A DNA stretch of 64,000 nucleotides from assembly GCA_040390065.1 (NCBI GenBank), contig JAZJZE010000002.1:38813-102812 (forward strand), written 5' to 3'. Positions 19,371-26,774 of this stretch are shown here, one piece after another. The translations under genes were made by a program, and so were the position numbers. Every line of letters begins with the position of its first letter. The stretch's first letter is position 1. A model generated the notes under the pieces. It saw only the letters and a list, made by a program, of their open reading frames with translations. It had not been told where the DNA came from and did no database searches. This DNA comes from a bacterium. Its GTDB lineage: Archaea; Thermoplasmatota; E2; JACPAO01; JAHFTW01.

Positions 19371-19505
19371 GGTGTGTTCAGCTCCTCCACTTGTTGACGC
19401 CGGTATGGCCGGACCTTGCCGGCATAGGGAATGAGGGGCCGGCGTCGGCCCCCCATCCCCCGAGTGCATCCCATCCCAGCCTTGTGAGGCGAGGACCGTG
19501 AAACC

Positions 19506-19766
19506 CTACTCGAGGCCAAGCTTCTGCTTGGTGGCCTTCTGGCGCGCCAGCTCTTGCTGGAGTTCCAGGACGCCCCGGCTCGACTCCATGATCTTCATCG
19601 CCTCCGAGCCCTTGGTGAACAGGAGCTCCTTGATGGCGTTGTAGACCAGGTCGGTCGTGTTGCGGTACATGCCGGCGTGGACCAGGGCTTCCATTTGCTG
19701 GATCTGGTTCACGGGCAGGCGCACCGTGACGCGGTCGGACGGGTTCTTGGCGTGTTTTGCGGCCAT
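19506..19766 (-). CDS. cdrS: Ribbon-helix-helix regulator of cell division (CdrS-like)
   Basis: DRVTVRLP..QI..MEALV.AGMYRN..DLV..AIKELL RHH pattern, directly upstream of ftsZ2. Confidence 0.8.
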   Translation of the reverse strand: MAAKHAKNPSDRVTVRLPVNQIQQMEALVHAGMYRNTTDLVYNAIKELLFTKGSEAMKIMESSRGVLELQQELARQKATKQKLGLE

Positions 19767-19788
19767 TGTTTGACCTCTTGGGGCGCCG

Positions 19789-19890
19789 CAGTTGTCAGAC
19801 AACTGTGGCTGGCAAAGGTCCACCCGCAGACCCATTCGGGCCTGTTTGTGGTCATTTGTCTGACAGTCCCATTGTCCCTGTGGTATTTAA
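19789..19890 (-). promoter_or_regulatory. cdrS-ftsZ2 promoter: TATA box (TTAAATA, 19884-19890) plus two TGTC-N-GACA palindromes
   Basis: CAGTTGTC-A-GACAACTG 19789-19805 (perfect 8-bp arms) and TGTC-T-GACA 19857-19865 near the expected transcription start. Confidence 0.6.
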
Positions 19891-20157
19891 TGACTTGGGA
19901 AAAAACCGGGCGGCGAAAAGGCGCCGCCTCCTGTTGGATGCCCAACCATGGCCTTGCCTTGAACCTTCGTTTCCGATGGAGTCCATCGGAAATGGTGGTC
20001 CGCCGAGCTGCCGAATGGAGGCGTCTGAGGGAAGGCCGGCCCGCCAAGAACTGACCCATTGTGGGAGGGGGGAGCTGCAATCACGGAGCGGGCCGGACTT
20101 CCGACGACGAGGCCAAAGCCCGCCAAGCCGAAACCTTTGCCGCCAGGTCAGTGAAAC

Positions 20158-20763
20158 CTAGGGGCCCGCCGGCGGCAAGGGGACGCCAGGCGCCGCTGCA
20201 CCCGACCGCAGCCACGCACCGAACTCCGTCCAGTGCCGCAGGTAGTCGTCGCGCCACTTCTGCCGGTAGATGACCGCCGCCGGGTGCAGGCTGACGAAGA
20301 TGGGCACGCCATCAGGGCCGGCCAGGAAGGTCCCGGCCAGGGCGGAGAAGGCCTCCGGGACGTGGCCGATCAAGCCCGACAGGCCGTGCCGGCCGAGCGC
20401 CACGATGACACGCGGGCGCAGCGCGGCGACTTGCGCCAGGAGGTACGGCCGGCACGCGCCTTTCTCGTCGTCCTTCGGATCGCGGTTGGCCGGCGGGCGG
20501 CACTTGACGATGCTCGTGACGAAGCAGGCGCTTCGGTCGATGCCGGCAGCTGCGAGGGCGAGGTCCAGTTTCTTCCCGGCGGCGCCGCAGAAAGGCCGCC
20601 CCGTCTCGTCCTCGTTGCGGCCCGGCGCCTCGCCGACCAGCATGACGCCGCTTGCCCCCGTGCCTTCTCCCGGGACCGCATTCGTCCGCGTCTCGCAGAG
20701 CCGGCAAAGGCGGCAGGCCCGCACCGCGTCGGCCAGGCGCAGGAGGGCTGCGTCGTCGGGCAC
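20158..20763 (-). CDS. udg: Family-4 uracil-DNA glycosylase ([4Fe-4S])
   Basis: CRLCRLC, MLVGEAPG..ED..GRPF.G.AG, VKCRPP.NRDP, LHPAA; probable GTG start. Confidence 0.9.
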   Translation of the reverse strand: MPDDAALLRLADAVRACRLCRLCETRTNAVPGEGTGASGVMLVGEAPGRNEDETGRPFCGAAGKKLDLALAAAGIDRSACFVTSIVKCRPPANRDPKDDEKGACRPYLLAQVAALRPRVIVALGRHGLSGLIGHVPEAFSALAGTFLAGPDGVPIFVSLHPAAVIYRQKWRDDYLRHWTEFGAWLRSGAAAPGVPLPPAGP

Positions 20764-20921
20764 GCATCTCGCACAAGCGGACCCACCGATAACTTGGATG
20801 GACCCGTTGGACGACCGATTCCGTCGGCAAAAGCCGGCCAAGGCACGCCCAGGTGGAAGGCGGGGCGACGGCGTAGCCGGGTCATGCAAAACCTTAGGCG
20901 ACGGGCCGGCGGTCGGGACGC

Positions 20922-21953
20922 GTGCGTCGCGCCGCCGGCTTGGCTCTCCTTCTGATCCTTCTGCCCGCGTGCTTGGGACCTGCCACCACCACCTCGACCA
21001 GCACGTCACCCGTTCTGTCGAACCCGATCGTTCGCTTCGTCGCTCTGGGTGACGCCGGCACGGGCGAAGCCGACCAGTTCACCGTCGCGGCCGCCATCGC
21101 CAAGGTCTGCGCCGAGCGCGGCTGCGACTTCGCCGTCGGCCTCGGCGACAACATCTACGACGCGGGCGCCAGCTCGGACCGCGACCCGCAGTTCGACAGC
21201 AAGTTCGAGGTCCCCTACGCGAACTTGGCGATGCCGTTCTGGATGGTCCTCGGCAACCACGACAACTCGCAAGACCCGGCGGCAAGCGGCGCAACGGGGG
21301 GCCTTGGTCTGTGGTACTCGGCCGGCAACAACGAGGTCGCGTACGGCAAGCGCACGGACACGTCGGGCAAGTGGCACATGCCGGCGCGATACTACACCTT
21401 CACGCAGGGACCCGCCGCCTTCGTCGCCCTCGACACGAACACGCTCTTGTTCGACGATGTTCCGGTGCCGCCTGGCCAGGCCGCAGAGGTGCAGGCGCAG
21501 ACGAAGTGGGTCGACGGCGCCATCGCGGCTCTGCCGGCCAACACCACTTGGCGCATCGCCATCGGCCACCACGGCTACCTCTCGAACGGCCCGCACGGCA
21601 ACGCGGGGGCCTACGACGGGCGCGCCGGCGTGCCGGGCCAATCGGGCGACTACACGAAGCAGTTCTTCGAAGCGCACGTCTGCGACAAGGTGGACCTGTA
21701 CCTCTTCGGCCACGACCACGACTTGCAATGGCTCGACGCAGTGGCGCCTTGCGGAAGGACGCAGTTCATCGGCTCCGGAGCGGGCGGCGCCGGCACGTAC
21801 GAGTTGGTGGGCACGAACGCCGGCCGTTTCCAGGCCAGCGAGCACGGCTTCTGGTACTTCGAAGTCGACGCCAAGAATGTCTACGCGACCGCCTACGATG
21901 CCGACGGCAAGATCCTGTACACGGGCGTCATCTCGAAGCACCTTGCCGCGTGA
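20922..21953 (+). CDS. Lipoprotein metallophosphoesterase (purple/tartrate-resistant acid phosphatase-like)
   Basis: GDAG, GDNIY, GNHD, IGHH, GHDH motifs; LPAC lipobox. Confidence 0.88.
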   Translation: MRRAAGLALLLILLPACLGPATTTSTSTSPVLSNPIVRFVALGDAGTGEADQFTVAAAIAKVCAERGCDFAVGLGDNIYDAGASSDRDPQFDSKFEVPYANLAMPFWMVLGNHDNSQDPAASGATGGLGLWYSAGNNEVAYGKRTDTSGKWHMPARYYTFTQGPAAFVALDTNTLLFDDVPVPPGQAAEVQAQTKWVDGAIAALPANTTWRIAIGHHGYLSNGPHGNAGAYDGRAGVPGQSGDYTKQFFEAHVCDKVDLYLFGHDHDLQWLDAVAPCGRTQFIGSGAGGAGTYELVGTNAGRFQASEHGFWYFEVDAKNVYATAYDADGKILYTGVISKHLAA

Positions 21954-21985
21954 CGCCTCGAGCCATCCCGCCGCCACCCGTTCCG

Positions 21986-21992
21986 CTTAAGT
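21986..21992 (+). promoter_or_regulatory. Putative TATA box for the SRP RNA precursor
   Basis: CTTAAGT is the AT-rich element in the gap, about 60 nt before the mature 5' end, implying a 5' leader. Confidence 0.5.
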
Positions 21993-22048
21993 GGGACACT
22001 CCCGTCGTCGCAATCCCGCCACCGCACTGCGATGGCGGCCCGGCGCAA

Positions 22049-22360
22049 GGCGGGGACTAGGTGAGGGAGTAGGCGCCCCTCTTCGTGCAAGTCTACATGG
22101 CGCGACCGAACCCCTGTCGTGGCGCCCGGGGTCCGCTGCAAGCCCTCGTCTTACGGTGAAACCTCGTCCCCCGAGGTCGGCGGTGGCAGGAAACGTCCCG
22201 GAAGGGACGCCGAATGCCTTCGCTGCGGGGACCGGGTCAGGCCCGGAAGGGAGCAGCCTTACCGCAAACGACCGACGTTTGGGGGGGCGCGGGGTGGAGA
22301 ACAACGAGGGATCCAAACTTGCACGGGTTCCGTGGCCGTCGCGGCAGGATCGTCCCCGCC
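22049..22360 (+). ncRNA. ffs: Archaeal signal recognition particle (7S) RNA, 312 nt
   Basis: Helix 1 GGCGGGGAC/GTCCCCGCC; Alu helices 3 and 4 with loop-loop complement GTAGGC/GTCTAC; helix 6 CGTCCC-GGAA-GGGACG; helix 8 TCAGGCCCGGAAGGGAGCA. Confidence 0.95.
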
Positions 22361-22510
22361 CGCTAAAGGGCCTGCCGGGGAATGTAAACCCCTCACGGAG
22401 TATCGAACATGTTCATGCTGGGCGAATACGCGCCGGTGGACAATGCCGCCCCGCGCCGCAACGCTTAACATAGCACGCAGGCTAAAGTCAATTCCTCCCT
22501 GGCGATTTCC

Positions 22511-22747
22511 ATGGTCCTCCTCCGCTGTGCAAAGTGTGGTTCCGATGCCGGTTTCCTCATCGAGACGTCCGACCGCAAGACGCTCGAAGTGAAGGGCAAG
22601 CTCCCCATGGAGCGCATCCTCAAGACCGTCCTCGTCACCTGCGTCTACTGCAACAACCGCTGGGACCACGTCCCGGTCATCGTGACCGACCCCTCCATCG
22701 ACGAGAAGGTCAGCGCCCCTCGCAAAGACCGCGAACTGCTCAACTGA
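22511..22747 (+). CDS. Small zinc-ribbon protein (CAKC...CVYC)
   Basis: 78 aa, strong GC3 codon bias, two CxxC motifs, TATA-like CTTAACAT at 22464-22471. Confidence 0.75.
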   Translation: MVLLRCAKCGSDAGFLIETSDRKTLEVKGKLPMERILKTVLVTCVYCNNRWDHVPVIVTDPSIDEKVSAPRKDRELLN

Positions 22748-22749
22748 GT

Positions 22750-22917
22750 GGGTATTCCGCAGAATCCCTCCGGTCGGTCATCCATCTGGAGACTCGCAGA
22801 TTGACTTCACCCGCTTAGTCAGTCGGCGGAATCTGCTCCCAGTCCGTGCCATTGCAAGACGTGCAAGCGTTCACCAGGACGATGCCGGGGATGTCGGCGA
22901 AATCCGCGGATGAGTCG
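22750..22917 (+). repeat. Dispersed ~170-bp non-coding element, copy A
   Basis: Reverse complement of 28277-28446; identical blocks of 35 nt (22750-22784) and 18 nt (22823-22840). Confidence 0.85.
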
Positions 22918-22935
22918 TCGCGACGAGCGCCCACC

Positions 22936-24015
22936 TCAACGGGCAAGCGCCAGTTCGTCCCCGAACTCCTTCAGCATCTTGATGCCGTGCACGTCGCGGC
23001 GCCGTAGCGGCACGAGCACCTGCGGCACCTTCGGCAGGCGGCGTTCGAGTTCGGCGATGTGTTCAAGGTTCATGGCGCGGCGCACGCGCCCGAATTCCGT
23101 TGCGGCGACGAGGGCCTCGACGAATTCCGGCTTGGTCTGCGTCGCCGCCGAAGCGGACTTGGCAAAGGCTGCCCTTGCCTCGGCGTCGCCGGCCAAATGC
23201 GTGAAGGCTCCATCGAACCCGGCGACGGGATCCGGTTGCACCTTGTTGACGACGACGAGGCGGACGTGCATGCCGAGTCCGGTGACCGCCGCGTGCAGTT
23301 CGCAGGTCTCCTCGACCGGCAGTTTCTCGGGCAGGCACACGAGGACGAGGGCCGAGTGCTTGGGATCCGTCAGGAAGGCGCGGATGCGCTTTGCCTCCTC
23401 GGCGATGTCCCCGAACACCTTCTCGAAGTCGACGTCGGGTGGTGGCGCCCGCTTGGCCTCGCGCTTCACGACGTTTTGCATGCGGCGTGCGGCTCCCGAC
23501 AGTTTCTGCCAGACCGCGTAGCCCTTCACGGCCCACTTGAGCAGGCTTCGATCGGAGACGAGTTCCTCGATGGCCGCCGGTGCGGACAGGAACGACAGCG
23601 CGTGGCCCGTCGGCGCCGTGTCGACGACGATGACGTCGTAGGCGTTCTCGCGGCGCAGGTCGTTGAGCTTGCCGATGGCCATGAGTTCGTTGAGGCCAGG
23701 CAGGGCGCGCGTCGCCTGCTTGAACAACGGGTGGTCGGTCACCTGGACGCCCGGGAGTTCGCGCGCGAAGTGCTCTCGTACCACGGATTCGGGGTCGAGC
23801 ATCAGCGCAGTGAGGTTGGGCTGCACCGGCGTGGCCACGAAACCGACCGGGACGCCCAGCGAGTCCTGTAGCCGCTTGGCGGGGTCGACCGTGACGAGCA
23901 TGGTCTTGCGGCCGTCGCGGGCAAACCGCAGGGCCAGGGCCGCAGAACACGTGGTCTTGCCCACGCCCCCCTTGCCAGCCACGATGACGAGGTTGCGGCC
24001 GTCCAGCTCCTTCAC
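22936..24015 (-). CDS. ArsA/GET3-family ATPase (single domain)
   Basis: GKGGVGKTT deviant Walker A, VTVDPA, PGLNEL, VVDTAPTGH, VVNK. Confidence 0.9.
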   Translation of the reverse strand: MKELDGRNLVIVAGKGGVGKTTCSAALALRFARDGRKTMLVTVDPAKRLQDSLGVPVGFVATPVQPNLTALMLDPESVVREHFARELPGVQVTDHPLFKQATRALPGLNELMAIGKLNDLRRENAYDVIVVDTAPTGHALSFLSAPAAIEELVSDRSLLKWAVKGYAVWQKLSGAARRMQNVVKREAKRAPPPDVDFEKVFGDIAEEAKRIRAFLTDPKHSALVLVCLPEKLPVEETCELHAAVTGLGMHVRLVVVNKVQPDPVAGFDGAFTHLAGDAEARAAFAKSASAATQTKPEFVEALVAATEFGRVRRAMNLEHIAELERRLPKVPQVLVPLRRRDVHGIKMLKEFGDELALAR

Positions 24016-24057
24016 GGCGCCGCGATGGGCACCGACCGGATAGCAATGACGGCGACG

Positions 24058-25935
24058 TCAGGCCCGCCGACGCATGACGGCGACGACGACTCCGGCTCCG
24101 GCGAGAAGACCGACGCCCGATGCCAGCAGGATGCCGGCAAGGCTGCCGGTCGCCGCCTGGGCGGCCGGGCTGCCCGCAACAGTCTTGTCGAGCGGGCGGG
24201 CGCCTTCGCTTGGCGCCGCGCCGTCGCGGTACGTGAAGATGCTGCAGGCGTCGCCGGCGGCGTCGAGGTCCGAGTTCTCCTGCAGCGGGTTGCGGATTTG
24301 CGGGCAGTTGTCCGTCGCGTCGGGCACGAGGTCCCCGTCCCGATCGTCGTCGCACGCGTCGCCCATGGCGTCCCCGTCGAGGTTCTCCTGGTCTGCGTTG
24401 GAAACGGCCGCACAGTCGTCCGCGGCGTTCACGATGCCGTCGTTGTCGGCGTCCGCATCGCACGCGTCGCCCAGCAAGTCGTCGTCGGCGTCCGTCTGTG
24501 ATGGGTTGGCATCCAGCGGGCAGTTGTCGACACGGTCGATCCAGCCGTCGCCGTCGGAGTCGGCGCCGGCCACTTGGTCGTCCACGCCGTCATGCGGCGG
24601 ACGCGGCGCTTGGCCATTGTCCTGGGAGATGGTTCTCGGGATGCACATGGTTCCCTCCGTCGCGACCACTTGCGACGTGTGCGTCGAGGTCATTCCGTTC
24701 TCGACCGTGACGGTCTCCGTGACTGTGTATTGGCCCGGCTGCGCGTACTGGTGCGTCGGGCTCGGGTCCGTGCTCGTGGCACCGTCGCCGAAGTCCCACG
24801 CCCAGCCCGTGATGTTGTACGTGCCGCCTGCGGACTGGTCCGCAAAGGAGACCGGATGCGGGCCACACGTCCCCGAGGAACTCGTCGCCTTGAAGCGAGC
24901 CGCCGGCGGGATGGGGGGCGGCGGGGGCGGCGGGACCCCGAGTTGCGAGAAGCGCGTGTTGTGCGCGGCGTAGACCGATTCATGGGCCGGGATGCTGAAA
25001 CTCCAGCTCAACCCCGCGCCGGAGTCGAGGTTGGTCGAACACGTGCACGTGTCGGGGAAGGGCAGGTGCAGGCCGATCTGGCGCCAGACGGTGCTGTAGA
25101 AGTCCTCCATGTAGTTCGAGCCGGCCGTGAGCGGCACCCATTGTTCGATGCGGCCGTTGGGCGTATTGTCGACGTTGACGCTGCAGCCGATTGCGCCCTT
25201 GGGTTGGCCTTTGAAGCCGTTGCTTGCATCGCTTACCTGGAGGAAGCAGTCGCCGGCGCGGTACAGGATGATGGTCCGGGCGCTGTCCGTCGGGTTGTCG
25301 ACCGTCACGTTCGTGGTGTAGAAGTCGTTGCCCGAGACGTACGTGTCGACCTCGGTGACGACCATGCCCGTGCTGCCCACCGCGACAACCGTCGTGGCCG
25401 AATTGGTGACCGGCGCAGTCCCCGAGGACGGGCCGCCGAGGCCGCCGAGGCTGTCGGAGGTCTGCGACTGCGAGATGGGAGTAAACGCGCGGTAGCCACC
25501 GATGGACCACGTGGCCGACGAGTGACTTGCCTCGTTCGGGGCGTACAGCGTCGTCCCATCCCAGAGGAACGTGCCGCAATCGCCGGGCTTGACGGTCGGC
25601 GAGTACATCTCGAACTGGTTGTCGCCCTGGCGCGCAATCTGGCAGCCGAGTTCGTTGCCGATCCAGACGTCGATCAGCGGCCCGGCGCCGGGGAGCGTCG
25701 GCAGTTGATTGGAGTTGATCATCTGCGGGCCTTGGTAGCCGATGTCGACGCAGGGCACCGAGCAGCATGGGTTCATGCAACTCGTCACGTTGGCCTGGGC
25801 GGGGGGCGTCCCGTTGAACGAGGCGGTCAACGCGGCGAGGCAGACGACGGCGAGGAGGGCGCGCGTGAAGCGTTGTGCGTCCCAGCTCGTCGGAGCGTCC
25901 GCCGCCTCATCCACCCAACCAACCCAATCCCGCAC
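24058..25935 (-). CDS. Surface protein: Cys-rich N-terminal domain + PKD + thrombospondin type-3 repeats + TM anchor
   Basis: Signal peptide; WAWDFGDG..ST..SPTHQY..PG.YTVT; three DNCP/DDC TSP3 repeats; TM + MRRRA. Confidence 0.82.
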   Translation of the reverse strand: MRDWVGWVDEAADAPTSWDAQRFTRALLAVVCLAALTASFNGTPPAQANVTSCMNPCCSVPCVDIGYQGPQMINSNQLPTLPGAGPLIDVWIGNELGCQIARQGDNQFEMYSPTVKPGDCGTFLWDGTTLYAPNEASHSSATWSIGGYRAFTPISQSQTSDSLGGLGGPSSGTAPVTNSATTVVAVGSTGMVVTEVDTYVSGNDFYTTNVTVDNPTDSARTIILYRAGDCFLQVSDASNGFKGQPKGAIGCSVNVDNTPNGRIEQWVPLTAGSNYMEDFYSTVWRQIGLHLPFPDTCTCSTNLDSGAGLSWSFSIPAHESVYAAHNTRFSQLGVPPPPPPPIPPAARFKATSSSGTCGPHPVSFADQSAGGTYNITGWAWDFGDGATSTDPSPTHQYAQPGQYTVTETVTVENGMTSTHTSQVVATEGTMCIPRTISQDNGQAPRPPHDGVDDQVAGADSDGDGWIDRVDNCPLDANPSQTDADDDLLGDACDADADNDGIVNAADDCAAVSNADQENLDGDAMGDACDDDRDGDLVPDATDNCPQIRNPLQENSDLDAAGDACSIFTYRDGAAPSEGARPLDKTVAGSPAAQAATGSLAGILLASGVGLLAGAGVVVAVMRRRA

Positions 25936-25967
25936 ACTGCGCCCACGGGTTTGCGGGTATAAGAGTC

Positions 25968-26717
25968 ATGGCCCGCGATGCCCACCTGTCGAGCGGCGAG
26001 ACCGGAGAGTTCGCGCGACGGGCCAAGGCGCACTTCCATCAACGCGGACCGGCTCACAAGGGTGTGCCGCGTTCCCAACACGCCGTCTGGGAGGTGATTG
26101 CGGCATCGTTCGACCGGAGCCGGACGCGCACCTGGCCGCATGTCCACGCATTCGTGGCAGGCCTGCCGGCCGAATCTCGTGTCCTGGACCTCATGGCCGG
26201 CAACGGCCGCCACACCACCGTCATCACGGCCGCCGGCCACCAAGCGACTTGGCTCGACTGGAGCCGGCCCGCCGCGCGCATCGCAGCGGCAAGGAACCGC
26301 CCAGCCCACATCGTCGTCGGCGACGCGGCGGCGCTCCCCTTTGCCGACCATTCCTTCGATGCCGCCATCGTCGTCGCCGGCCTGCACTCGCTGCCGTCTG
26401 CCGCGGGGCGCCTCCAGGCCTTGCAGGAACTCGGCCGCGTCCTTGCCCCGCAAGGCACGGCGCAAGTGACCGTCTGGAGCCGGGACGCGCCGCGGTTTTC
26501 CACGCTGGGCGCTCCCGGCGATGAACTCGACGTCGAGCTTCCTTGGCGTAGCGACGGTCACGACGAGACCCGTTCGTACCACTTGTACACCGACGGTGCG
26601 CTGCGCCGCGATTGCACGGCCGCGGGACTCGTCGTGCGCAGCATGGCGGACGTCACGATCCTGGGACGTGGCGGCCCCGACAACCTCGTCGCCGTCGTTG
26701 CGCCTGCCCCGTCGTGA
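25968..26717 (+). CDS. Class I SAM-dependent methyltransferase, Trm9/ALKBH8-like (tRNA cm5U methylation)
   Basis: VWEVIAASFDRSRTRTWPHV (Trm9-like Y..IA..F..TR...WP.V), VLDLMAGNGRH, GDA..LPF....FD, RSYHLY. Confidence 0.75.
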   Translation: MARDAHLSSGETGEFARRAKAHFHQRGPAHKGVPRSQHAVWEVIAASFDRSRTRTWPHVHAFVAGLPAESRVLDLMAGNGRHTTVITAAGHQATWLDWSRPAARIAAARNRPAHIVVGDAAALPFADHSFDAAIVVAGLHSLPSAAGRLQALQELGRVLAPQGTAQVTVWSRDAPRFSTLGAPGDELDVELPWRSDGHDETRSYHLYTDGALRRDCTAAGLVVRSMADVTILGRGGPDNLVAVVAPAPS

Positions 26718-26774
26718 GACCCCCTCAGGCCGTCGCCGACAAGAGTTATCCGGCGCCCGCCGTGTCGCCGCGGC

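Noticed and set aside
22049-22360. RNase P RNA, or the protein-coding ORFs listed over this region
   Set aside because: Helix 6, helix 8 and Alu motifs identify SRP RNA; no RNase P GAGGAAAGTCC-type motif was seen; the overlapping ORFs lack coding features
22936-24015. Arsenic-resistance operon
   Set aside because: No arsB, acr3, arsC, arsD or arsR nearby
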